Origin: Fimbriosthenelais zetlandica
Taxonomy: Eukaryota
Reading direction: 5' to 3'
DNA length: 64,000 nt
Assembly (NCBI GenBank): GCA_977030845.1
Contig: OZ365113.1
Location: 1,612,001-1,676,000, forward strand
In this document: one piece after another, positions 25,114 through 34,690 of the stretch
Layout: every line of letters begins with the position of its first letter
How positions within the stretch are numbered: position 1 is the stretch's first letter
The notes under the pieces: generated by a model
What the model saw: only the letters and a program-made list of their open reading frames with translations
What the model was told of the DNA's origin: nothing
The model's database searches: none
Made by a program: the position numbers and the translations under genes

Positions 25114-25478
25114 ACGAAGAAAAGTTTGTCCTCAAACTTTGCACGTCTCTATCCCTAGCGAAATATCAGGTACATACATCAAGTATCAATAGGTAAAGGT
25201 AAAGTTTCAAAAGTCTTACAATCTACTTGAATACTTGTTATTATTGAGTTACTTCACATCAAGATATCTATCATATACTACGTAGGAATTATCATTAAAC
25301 AGCAAATGCAACTAGCATACATTCATTATCAAGTAGTATTCGAGTAACATTATTCATCTTATATATATATACATTGTCAGTACAGCTGTGTCACTATGCA
25401 AAGCCACAATAGATCTCTCATTTAAAGATTAAGTTTCTAGCAAGTATTATTTCTCGCTTAGGCCAGTTTGTATTTTCT

Positions 25479-27896
25479 TTAGCGGTTCGAACCTTCCACT
25501 TCATCATATTGGTTAGCCTTCTCAGTGATCCCAAACTGAAAGGCATAACCATAGTGTCCTAAAAATAGGTACACTCCATAATCCTTTTTCATTATTATCT
25601 TCTTTAGTATGTAACCGGTAACAACATTCAACTTTATTCTGTCAGGAGGAGTCAGCGAGTGTGTAGTCAGAGTGTTCATCATTTCAAATCCACCCCAATT
25701 CAAGATCAGAGTGGGGAACCAAAATCCTTCGACTCTCAAGTCAGAAACATAGGAATTAGCACTGAACGCCCAATGCTTGGGACAAAGTGGCAGCGTCGCC
25801 ACTGGAATCGAGATACATGCCATGCCGTTTGTGACTTCCATTCTCAGGGTCGTCACACTGTTGTTCAAAGAGTACCTTCTCTTGAACAACAAGACCAAAG
25901 TGATCGCCATAGCCATGACCACTATAACCATGGTCAAATATTCATGTATGTAATTCAGGGTACCTGTGTCGCCAATAATATGTTCAGAGCTGTGATCGCC
26001 ATTGTTCATGCCATAACCAACGTCCTTGGTTTCAGCTGGTTTTGCTAGGTGTTGTAACATAACAATGGCTGCAAGACCTTTCATTCTAACAATGAGATAG
26101 ATACAAAAACTCAAAGAAGTTAAACTGATGCCAACTGAAAGTATCGAGATTATGCTACCTGTTGAGAACATAGAATACTCAAGAGGAATTTCCTCAGTAT
26201 AACGCAATCTAGGGTAAATCTTCTGATTCTTACGGATCGCCTCTGCAACCCTTTTCAAACTGATACTGAACTTGTGGTCAGTATCAATGACCTCCTTTAT
26301 CTTCTGGTCATTTATATTCAATTTCATCACATCAGGCTCTATTCCACCTGGGAATGTGGTATCCCCTGAGATGTTCATCAGCACATCAGGAGAGTTAAAC
26401 TCTTGTAATATAGCTAAATTAATTGCATGAAATTTCTCAATTGAAGTAGTATTTTTGCAACCAGTAAGCCGTGGTGCTATATAATGGTTGTCTGTAAAAA
26501 TGGCACACTGACATGGTAGCTCCACCATGCAATGTGTACAGCCTTCTTCCCTTCTCTGTGAATCTAGGCAACTAATAGTTAACTCTTTTACAAATGAAAC
26601 TATTGCTCGTCTTGCATCGAGTTGATAGACCTCTGATTTGACCTTGTTTGGAAGTACTCGGAAATCGCAGTTCTTATGTACTGATTCCTTGTCTTGTCGC
26701 ATCAAAGACATAGCACAAGAATTCTCTGGACGAGTGTTTAGTGCTGGCAATGAAGGACAGTACTTCATATTCCGTTGATAACACTGACGGAAATCAGATT
26801 CCGAGATATCGATGTAGTGTGTCTCATCATCGGTCACCCCAATATAGTCAGGCAACTTAACCTTTGTCACCTGTGTGTTCTCCTCACTAACAGGCAATGG
26901 TAATGAGGTGATCTTATATATCTTCAAACTGGAGGAAGTTGCAGCCACAATAGGTAACTTGACCAAAACAAACAGATCATCGCCATGTCTTGTAATCACA
27001 ATTTTACATTTGGTATAGACATCTCTGGCTTTATCAAATAGAAGTCTGAATGTTGGAGTTTTCTGTCTCAAGACAGATTGAATTTCACTGATACTTTTCT
27101 GCAACTGTTTCTGTGGAACCAACATAGGGGTCAGTAACCCCTGCATAGCAAAACTTATACCTATTTGTAAATTCTCAAGCTGCCTCCCCACTATAGAAGA
27201 CAATCGTACATAGTTTGCCAGGAGCTGAATAAACCCTGCTGCAACCTTAAAGTCCCTGTTCATTGTTTCCATCACATTCTCAGTCATAGACTTGAGACTG
27301 TCATGATTAGCCTGTATCCCTTCAACAATCTTTGAGAAACGTTCATCAGCCGTCATCATGAAAGAAGACATTTCAGACACCTTATGCTGAAACAAATCTC
27401 CAAATTCTTCATTCTGCCTCTTTAGCACGGCAATGTGCTTACCCAGTTCCTTTATCTGTGCCTCTGTAGCTACACCAAATAGACCGCTCGCAAATTCTCC
27501 AATTATTGGGAGAAATGATCTTCGGCTCCGTGCTTGTGGCACTTGAGCTTCAGGGATAACCTCCCGTAATGTTTCCATTACTCCTGACATTTGTTCAATG
27601 GTCATATTTCTCAAATCGTGAATATCACGCATCACATTATTGTACAATAGGCAATTCCCTGGGTGACCTCTCCTCATGAAGCAGTATCTATGCCTTCCAG
27701 GATACCTGCTTGGCATCTGGATTCGGAAGGTGTGGGTCCAGAAATCATTAGTGGGTGTTGTTACTAGGACCTGTTGAAAGTAGGTCCCATAGTTGGGTCG
27801 TTCAATAATCTTTTGGTCGGCCACTGCTCCATATATGAATAGGTAGACTTGAATGAGCCTTGCCCAAAATTGCAGCAAGCCTTTCTGATTCTTCAT
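25479..27896 (-). CDS. env: Envelope glycoprotein, F-type class I fusion protein (open frame extends to 28127; likely start ATG 27896, 805 aa)
   Basis: Signal-like MKNQKGLLQFWARLIQVYLFIYGAVA, furin site RSRR followed by fusion peptide SFLPIIGEFASGLFGVAT, heptad region, Cys-rich segment and C-terminal hydrophobic helices. Lies between pol and the 3' LTR. Confidence 0.88.
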   Translation of the reverse strand: MKNQKGLLQFWARLIQVYLFIYGAVADQKIIERPNYGTYFQQVLVTTPTNDFWTHTFRIQMPSRYPGRHRYCFMRRGHPGNCLLYNNVMRDIHDLRNMTIEQMSGVMETLREVIPEAQVPQARSRRSFLPIIGEFASGLFGVATEAQIKELGKHIAVLKRQNEEFGDLFQHKVSEMSSFMMTADERFSKIVEGIQANHDSLKSMTENVMETMNRDFKVAAGFIQLLANYVRLSSIVGRQLENLQIGISFAMQGLLTPMLVPQKQLQKSISEIQSVLRQKTPTFRLLFDKARDVYTKCKIVITRHGDDLFVLVKLPIVAATSSSLKIYKITSLPLPVSEENTQVTKVKLPDYIGVTDDETHYIDISESDFRQCYQRNMKYCPSLPALNTRPENSCAMSLMRQDKESVHKNCDFRVLPNKVKSEVYQLDARRAIVSFVKELTISCLDSQRREEGCTHCMVELPCQCAIFTDNHYIAPRLTGCKNTTSIEKFHAINLAILQEFNSPDVLMNISGDTTFPGGIEPDVMKLNINDQKIKEVIDTDHKFSISLKRVAEAIRKNQKIYPRLRYTEEIPLEYSMFSTGSIISILSVGISLTSLSFCIYLIVRMKGLAAIVMLQHLAKPAETKDVGYGMNNGDHSSEHIIGDTGTLNYIHEYLTMVIVVMAMAITLVLLFKRRYSLNNSVTTLRMEVTNGMACISIPVATLPLCPKHWAFSANSYVSDLRVEGFWFPTLILNWGGFEMMNTLTTHSLTPPDRIKLNVVTGYILKKIIMKKDYGVYLFLGHYGYAFQFGITEKANQYDEVEGSNR

Positions 27897-28141
27897 TCGT
27901 GGCCAGGATCTGCGATGGTCCGAGCTCTCGTGACCTGCAGATAAAGACCAGAACCTATAAGACCCTGTGTAACACTCCGCCATGGAGCGACCATGCATTG
28001 AAATCTTTCCTAATATGGTGCACAAATTTTGAAATTTGGAAGACATTTTCATGTGTCTATATTCTTGCATGTCTCGCTCCAGCATCTTGACATCACAGAA
28101 GCAAAGAATCATCACAACCCTTCCCACTATCTAGACCACTC

Positions 28142-28564
28142 TTAAGTTCTATTAAAGAACTTATTCTTCCCTAGAGGTCTCTTCCTTTTTCTGCCAGACC
28201 TTGTCCTAGAGATATGAAACTCTCTCTTTGCATATTCCGATACGTCTTCTCCTGGCACCCAGTCTTGTTTATCTGCATTTGACCATTTTATCTTGTAAAG
28301 CATTTTGTTTCCCTGCCTCTTTGCAGCTACTATTTTCTCTATTTCATGCCATTCATTCTTAGCATCAGTGCTCTCTGCACCTTGGTGATCAGACTCCTCT
28401 GAGTCTATTACCTGGTCTGGATCTACCTGTCCACGACCGTCTTCATTATCCGATTGAGTATCATCATTCTCAATTTCATTCTGAGTATCCTCCTCAGTTA
28501 TCTCATCTCCATCAGCTTTTATTACTCTGCTGAGGAGCCTGAATTCTTCTGCTGTCAGGGTCAC
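28142..28564 (-). CDS. Chromodomain-containing ORF overlapping the pol 3' end in the +1 frame
   Basis: Acidic linker, then WHEIEKIVAAKRQGNKMLYKIKWSNADKQDWVPGEDV (chromo pattern xEKI...YxxKW...W.P..), then a basic tail SGRKRKRP. Confidence 0.78.
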   Translation of the reverse strand: MTLTAEEFRLLSRVIKADGDEITEEDTQNEIENDDTQSDNEDGRGQVDPDQVIDSEESDHQGAESTDAKNEWHEIEKIVAAKRQGNKMLYKIKWSNADKQDWVPGEDVSEYAKREFHISRTRSGRKRKRPLGKNKFFNRT

Positions 28565-31500
28565 GGTACAACTTTAAGCGATTAGCATGTACTAATGTTT
28601 TGATTTCCATATTGTCCCTGCACAGCCTTAATTTATATGTGTGGTTTGGTCCACACTGTGTTATATAATAAGGACCTGTCCATTTCTTTTGGAACTTAGG
28701 GGATAATCCCTTGCGCGTCCTGGTATCATGTAACCATACCCTATCACCGGCTTGGTACCTTGGCTCCTTGACCTTTTTGTCATATACTGCCTTATACCGG
28801 TTCTGAGCCATCTCTATATTCTTAGTTGCTATCTTTCTAGCACTTTCCAGATTGTCTAAAATGACCTGTAAATGTTCCTGTGTGCCCCTCGCTAATGTCG
28901 CCTTAGGGGCTAGGATTGTGTCCACGGGTATTGTCATTTCACGTCCAAAAACCATGAAATATGGAGACAATTCCGTTGACTGAGTGGCTGGTGTTGCTCG
29001 ATATGCCATCATTATTCCTGGCAAGAGCTCAGGCCAGTTCATCTGATCTAAATCACAGTATGTCCTAACAGATTGAGAAATCACGCTATTCATTCTCTCC
29101 ACTGCTGAGTTGGTTTGTGGATGATAGCTGCTTGTATGTACCCTTTTAATATCAAATAGAGTGCTCAGGGCACTCACAAGAGAAGACATAAAGTTTCTCC
29201 CCCTATCTGAGACGAGTGTTTTAGGTGCCCCATATCGTGAGATTATGTCTCTGTACAGTGCTTTTGCCACTTCAGTAGCTTCTTGGGTTTTCATTGGAAT
29301 AGCTTCACACCATTTAGAAAAGCTATCAGTCAATACCAAAATGTGTTTATAACCCTCTTTGCTTGTAGTCACTGGTCCCATAAAATCCATATGCCAACGT
29401 GAGAAAATGTCAGCAATGGGTAATGGGTGAAGTGGTGCTCTAACTACGGCTGGTCTTTGCTTAGCCTTCTGACAATCTTCACATGACATAACATGGTTGT
29501 ATATGTCCCTGTACATATGTGGCCAATAATATTTGTTTCGCAAGGCATGATATGTCCTATCAAATCCTTGATGTCCACCTCCTGTGAGACAATCATGATA
29601 ACCTTGCAGTGCCTCTAATCTCATCGACTCTGGAACCACCAGTTGTTTCACTAATCTCTCGGCCTTTGGAAGGCCTCTAGCTCTTCTATAGTACATATGA
29701 TATAACACATCTTCAATCATCACATACTGATCTGACTCAATGGTCAATCTCCTTGCCACTTTATCATCCAAGGGTAATTCTCCCTCTTGTAGATATCTTA
29801 TCACAGGTCCACAATCTGTGCATTTCCTCTGCTCAGATCTTAAATCAGTACTGACTGAGGATACATCAGGGATATCAGGTGTATTAATTGACTCACCTGT
29901 ATTGTCTTCCTGATCCTCTTCATAGTTAAACTCATAATTGAGCCACTCCCCTGTATGGTCCTCATTTACATTGAACACATCAATCTGATCATCCAGTAAT
30001 TCTCGTTGATCAGAAGGCTCTTTGTATTCCCTACGACTTAATGCATCAGCTACCTTGTTCTCCTTACCAGGTCTGTGCAATATGTCAAAGCTATAACCCT
30101 GCAGAAGCAATGACCATCTGGCTAGCCTACCTGTTGTCCGCTTTACACTCTTGAGCCACGTCAAAGCAATGTGGTCAGTGTACACACAGAAATGACCCCC
30201 TGCCAGATATGGATGAAACATTTTAATTCCCTCTATGACACTCAGGCATTCTTTTTCACTAATTGTCCATGATAGCTCTGATCCTCTAAGAGCTCTTCCC
30301 CCGTAGGCTATGGCTTGTGCCCTTCCATTATCATCTTTCTGTTCTAGCACATATCCTATTGCGTGGTTAGCTGCATCACAACTGAGCATGAACTTTTTGT
30401 CCATATCAGGATATGCTAATATAGGTGCGGTTATCAACCTTTCTTTCAGTGTATTGAAGGCTGCATCACATGCATCTGTCCACTGAAATTTGGCTCCCTT
30501 TCTTAACAGTTGATTCATAGGACTAGCAATTTTCGCATAATTCTTTACAAAACGCCTGAAATAGTTTGTCATTCCTAAATACGACCTTAAATCATTAACA
30601 TTCCTTGGAATGGGAAAATCCTTAATGACACTAGTCTTTCTGTTATCTACTTTAACTCCATCTTTGGTTATAACATGACCTAAATATTCAACTGACTTGG
30701 CTGCAAGTCTGCATTTAGAAATTTTCAAAGTCAATTTAGCTTTTCTCAATCTTTCGAAAACTTGTCTCAAATGATCTAAATGTTCATCAAAGGATTTTGA
30801 AAACACAAGTATGTCATCAATATAAATCAAGATGAATTTCCAATTAATGCCTCTAAATATTTGTGACATTACCATGCTGTATGACGCTGGTGCATTCATG
30901 AGTCCAAAAGGTAAAACTTTGAATGAGTATTGCCCTTGAGGCGTCACAAAGGCTGTTTTATGTCTGGACTCCTTATCCATAGGAATCTGCCAGTAACCAC
31001 TAGCCATGTCCAAAACGGACATTATTTTTGGATTATTCTCACCCAAAGTATCAAACACATTTTCCAATCTTGGCAAAGGAAAAGATATTGGCTTAGTCAC
31101 TGCATTCAACTTTCTGAAATCAACTGCAAATCTCAGGGCTCCATCCTTCTTTTTAACCATAACCACTGGAGAATACCATTCACTATTAGATTCCTCAATA
31201 ATGTCATGCCTCAGCATCTCTTCTATTTGCCTCTCTGTTTCTGCTCTAACAGCTGGTGCCTGTCTATAGAACTGCTGCTTGACAGGGCTAGCATCCCCCG
31301 TGTCTATCTTGTGACAATAGATATCAGTACGTCCCAACTCAGTCATGTCCTTAGCAAAGACATCTCTATATTTTCCCAAAAGTAAAAGTAACCTTTCTCT
31401 CTCCATTTCTGAAATATCTGAGTCTTCTAGATTAATCCCAATTGTCTTTGCTATCTGAATGTAGTGTGAATCACTCTGCTGCTTGCCCTGTCCCATTTCC

Positions 31501-32351
31501 ATACTATGGGACATTTTCGTCTTTGGATCAATACTAGCCACACACTCATCGTATGACTCACCCTCAAAGGGCATCACATGTGATCCATGCACACGTCCTG
31601 CTTTTGCTACTATGCAACCTCTGTTTAACCGGATCTGGTCATTAGTAGGATTTAGCAACATGAACTCACTTTTTCCCCTTTTAACTTGGCTAATACATTT
31701 TGCTCCCAGTGCATCCCTTACCATACCACTAGGTTCTAACATGGCTAACATATCAACATGGACATTGGATAACCTAACTGGAATTACACTGTGTGATCTT
31801 GGCGGTAAAATCGTTGGCTTCTTTACTCTCACCAATGCAGTTATACTGTCTGGCTGGAGCAAACCAACCTCCTTCACTCCACCATTTAAGCTTAGGGTTT
31901 GTGACACTGTGTCAATTTTAGCTCCATTCTTCTTTAGAAAATCTATCCCCAGAATGACTGGTGTATATAGATATTTGAACACATGAAATTGAAAAGACAC
32001 TCTCATTCCATCAATCTCTACAGGCAATTCAATGGTGCCTAAAACCTTATGAGTCTCTCCCCCGACTCCTCTGACTCTTGCAATGACTGATGGATCCCTC
32101 ATCACTGATCTGTTTATACCGAGTCTGGACAGAAAACACATAGAAACACAACTGACTCCTGCCCCCGTATCAATCAACATTTTCACTCTGTTTCCGGATA
32201 ATTTAGCATCAATATAATTACGGTCCAATTTGGCAACTGTTGTTAATATAAATTGGGATTTTTGTTTATCATTTTTGGCTGGCTCGAACCTACTTTTCCT
32301 TGGCCTATTAATGGACTTTTTACTGGCCTTACCATTAACAGGCGAAAACCG
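28512..32351 (-). CDS. pol: Pol (protease, RT, RNase H, integrase), in frame with gag
   Basis: LIDTGA protease, YIDD RT, CDAA/EKECL/TDH/ADALSR RNase H, H..H..C..C zinc-binding motif and D,D,E integrase. Frame is open from 32351, the codon after the gag stop. Confidence 0.97.
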   Translation of the reverse strand, partial: RFSPVNGKASKKSINRPRKSRFEPAKNDKQKSQFILTTVAKLDRNYIDAKLSGNRVKMLIDTGAGVSCVSMCFLSRLGINRSVMRDPSVIARVRGVGGETHKVLGTIELPVEIDGMRVSFQFHVFKYLYTPVILGIDFLKKNGAKIDTVSQTLSLNGGVKEVGLLQPDSITALVRVKKPTILPPRSHSVIPVRLSNVHVDMLAMLEPSGMVRDALGAKCISQVKRGKSEFMLLNPTNDQIRLNRGCIVAKAGRVHGSHVMPFEGESYDECVASIDPKTKMSHSMEMGQGKQQSDSHYIQIAKTIGINLEDSDISEMERERLLLLLGKYRDVFAKDMTELGRTDIYCHKIDTGDASPVKQQFYRQAPAVRAETERQIEEMLRHDIIEESNSEWYSPVVMVKKKDGALRFAVDFRKLNAVTKPISFPLPRLENVFDTLGENNPKIMSVLDMASGYWQIPMDKESRHKTAFVTPQGQYSFKVLPFGLMNAPASYSMVMSQIFRGINWKFILIYIDDILVFSKSFDEHLDHLRQVFERLRKAKLTLKISKCRLAAKSVEYLGHVITKDGVKVDNRKTSVIKDFPIPRNVNDLRSYLGMTNYFRRFVKNYAKIASPMNQLLRKGAKFQWTDACDAAFNTLKERLITAPILAYPDMDKKFMLSCDAANHAIGYVLEQKDDNGRAQAIAYGGRALRGSELSWTISEKECLSVIEGIKMFHPYLAGGHFCVYTDHIALTWLKSVKRTTGRLARWSLLLQGYSFDILHRPGKENKVADALSRREYKEPSDQRELLDDQIDVFNVNEDHTGEWLNYEFNYEEDQEDNTGESINTPDIPDVSSVSTDLRSEQRKCTDCGPVIRYLQEGELPLDDKVARRLTIESDQYVMIEDVLYHMYYRRARGLPKAERLVKQLVVPESMRLEALQGYHDCLTGGGHQGFDRTYHALRNKYYWPHMYRDIYNHVMSCEDCQKAKQRPAVVRAPLHPLPIADIFSRWHMDFMGPVTTSKEGYKHILVLTDSFSKWCEAIPMKTQEATEVAKALYRDIISRYGAPKTLVSDRGRNFMSSLVSALSTLFDIKRVHTSSYHPQTNSAVERMNSVISQSVRTYCDLDQMNWPELLPGIMMAYRATPATQSTELSPYFMVFGREMTIPVDTILAPKATLARGTQEHLQVILDNLESARKIATKNIEMAQNRYKAVYDKKVKEPRYQAGDRVWLHDTRTRKGLSPKFQKKWTGPYYITQCGPNHTYKLRLCRDNMEIKTLVHANRLKLYRDPDSRRIQAPQQSNKS

Positions 32352-33452
32352 TTAATTTCTAAATTTTGAAATGGCTCCATTGCGAGCCTGTTGGCAAACA
32401 ATCCGAAAGTGGCCTAATTTGCCACAATTAAAACACTTTTTATCACTGGCTTTACATCGATGACCAAAGCTGTACTCACCTCCACATTTAAAGCATTTCT
32501 TTCTTGGGGCCTGGAATCTGACACGTGGTTTTCCCTCAGGTGTTCTACTCCTGCTCCCATTGGGAGTTCCACCCCCGCATCTGCCTCGCTCATATGGAGT
32601 TCTGTCCCGCTCCATCGATGCCACCGTAAGGGCGGATACTTTAGCCTCCAATTCATGGATGGCATCTATTACTGTCACATCTGCCTCTGCCACTGAGGCT
32701 TCGGCCACTTCGGCCCACCTTTCAATGTCCGCTATCGACCCCGGCTGTTGTTGCAGTATTACTGCCCGTATTTGCGGTCTCAGTCCATTCAGAACCGCAT
32801 TAAACTCTACCTGTCTTGGTAGATTCAATTCAGCACATTCCTTTCTCATCCGTTCTACAAATTCCCTTACACCCTCTGCTGTAGTTTGTTTCTGGGTGAA
32901 TAATTTCCCCATTTTCATAGGGTGCTGTGTCTCTTTGACACCAAAGCGTACTTTAAATAGGATTTCAACTCTCGTGAAATCCTTGGCCTCTGCCTCAGGT
33001 ATCCCCTGGTACCAGGTATAGGCCGGACCCACCAAGAACAGAGGAAAGACCTGTGCTGGGTCCGCCGTCGGTCGCAGGCCCATGTATGATTTGAATTTTG
33101 ATAAAAATTCTAGGTGATCATCACCTTTACCAGAAAATTTTCCCGGACCCATGCCTTCCATAATTTCTTCCTCAGTTGTCTGTGGCTGAGACACTGAGTC
33201 TTGATCTGCTGTATTGGCCTGTAGATCAGCTGATGAGTCGGATTCTCGTTGCCGCTGCAGCTGCTCTTCCTGCTGCTGCTCACCAATACTCAGCTCACTC
33301 GTGCTGGGGCTTTCTCCAATACTCTGTTCACCTGCTTCTTCACTGTGGTCACTCTCGTGGCTTGACTGCCGTTGTGTAGTGACAGGATTTTCTAGCAACC
33401 TTTTCACTATCGGAAACTGATCAGTCTTAACAATTTCCCGTCTCTCTGTCAT
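32352..33452 (-). CDS. gag: Gag (366 aa from ATG 33452)
   Basis: Capsid-like segment (PGKFSG...AYTWY...F), an atypical CFKC...H.C motif and a canonical CFNCGKLGHFRIVC zinc knuckle. Confidence 0.92.
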   Translation of the reverse strand: MTERREIVKTDQFPIVKRLLENPVTTQRQSSHESDHSEEAGEQSIGESPSTSELSIGEQQQEEQLQRQRESDSSADLQANTADQDSVSQPQTTEEEIMEGMGPGKFSGKGDDHLEFLSKFKSYMGLRPTADPAQVFPLFLVGPAYTWYQGIPEAEAKDFTRVEILFKVRFGVKETQHPMKMGKLFTQKQTTAEGVREFVERMRKECAELNLPRQVEFNAVLNGLRPQIRAVILQQQPGSIADIERWAEVAEASVAEADVTVIDAIHELEAKVSALTVASMERDRTPYERGRCGGGTPNGSRSRTPEGKPRVRFQAPRKKCFKCGGEYSFGHRCKASDKKCFNCGKLGHFRIVCQQARNGAISKFRN

Positions 33453-33467
33453 GGGATCGATTAGCCT

Positions 33468-33478
33468 ATTCTCCACCA
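33468..33478 (-). other. Primer-binding site, tRNA-Ala-like
   Basis: TGGTGGAGAAT, 3 nt after the 5' LTR, complementary to a tRNA 3' end ATTCTCCACCA typical of eukaryotic tRNA-Ala. Confidence 0.75.
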
Positions 33479-33481
33479 AAT

Positions 33482-34224
33482 TATCATATAGGTCCTTTCC
33501 GGGGATCCGTATATGACAATGAAAGGCTGACAGATATCCGATAGCTTTTAGGAATATTTTAATAACAAAGAGTGGAAGATCACAAAGTTACACTTTCTTG
33601 AAATACAATTGAAACTCTCAAACCTGGTTAAAGGAGTAGCTTCTGAATTAAAGGTACACTTCAGAGATGTTCACAATTATCAATGTCCAATGGATTGTTC
33701 TGATAATGTTCTTTCAACACAATGTCCAGTTTAGGTCTCAATATGAAAAGTAGTGTCACAGTCCAAAGGTTTGGTCCTAAAGTGTAGTTAGTCTTGTGAG
33801 TAGGTTGCTACGATCAATGGTGTTACTGCTGTTGCCCCGATGTTACTGATCCTACAACAGGACCACAGCTTCTTATAAAGGAAAACTGAATTCCCATTAA
33901 CTTGTTTACTTCAAGAGAATTCTTGTAGCATTTCTATATCTACCAACACTGGGGATTCCCCATCCATGTCGTCATTTCTAGAAGACACGGAGTATCTTCC
34001 TGGAAATCCTGGTGACGCAAATGCTGATGCTGCTTCTGGTAATGGGTTTGCACGAAGAGGAAACCCATCTTTCATAGTGTTCATCCTGTTTGCGTTCACT
34101 TCCCCCAAACTGGATCTTATATGTTCTTATATGAAACAACTACTTCTATCAGAATTACTATGTGGTTAAATATCTTAAAGGTAATAGTGATTACATATTT
34201 AGCTTCACAATTCTAACCATTACA
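33482..34224 (-). repeat. 5' LTR (743 bp)
   Basis: Direct repeat of 24358-25100. Confidence 0.97.
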
Positions 34225-34228
34225 CATC

Positions 34229-34690
34229 CATGTAATCGTGAGTGATTTTTAACATTGCGCCTATGGACGGGACACTTTTGATGAATCCAATGGATTTAGA
34301 CAGGTTAGAAGCATTGAATCGGGCTGGATTTTTGGGAGGGTGTTGGGGTGGGTGCCGGGGGTAGACAGGGGTGTTAGGGAGGAGTTTGGGGTCCGGGGAG
34401 GGGTCCGGGGGGGCTAAATAATTTTTAACAATGCAGCCTATGGGCAGTACCTCCACAGTGGGCTATTCGAATAGAGGGGGTGGAGTGCATTGTAGTGTGA
34501 GACAGGTAGTCTAGGGGTAAGACGCTGGCCTGGAACGCGAGAGACTGGGGTTCGATTCCCTGTCATGTATATCATTTTTCATTGCTCCCTTGATCGCTAC
34601 ACATTTTTACAGCAGTGTTGATTTGTTGTTTTTTTTTCGTTTGTCACTATATTATATAGCTGGCCCTACTAATCAGTCTAACCCGAAAAC
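34229..34690. repeat. Foldback element 3, remainder of right arm
   Basis: Continues the arm sequence interrupted at 24357. Outer flank resembles 22781-22895. Confidence 0.85.
34497..34567 (+). pseudogene. tRNA-Asp/Gly-like head (degenerate)
   Basis: GTAGTCTAGGGGTAAGACGCTGGCCTGGAACGCGAGAGACTGGGGTTCGATTCCC. Confidence 0.65.

Larger units (their letters stand above)
24358..34224 (-). mobile_element. Full-length env-carrying Ty3/Gypsy (errantivirus-like) LTR retroelement, 9,867 bp
   Basis: Two 743 bp LTRs with no difference found by eye. 4 bp TSD CATC at 24354-24357 and 34225-34228, and the empty site GCACACATCCATGTAATC is visible in sister foldback arms. PBS, PPT, gag, PR-RT-RH-IN order and env are present. 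Confidence 0.97.

Noticed and set aside
27897-28127. 77 aa N-terminal extension of env from GTG 28127
   Set aside because: No recognisable features. The signal-like segment starts at ATG 27896, so the extension was left out of the CDS call.
32303-32343. MLV-type pseudoknot downstream of the gag stop
   Set aside because: No downstream segment pairs convincingly with the 17-nt loop, so only a simple stem-loop is claimed
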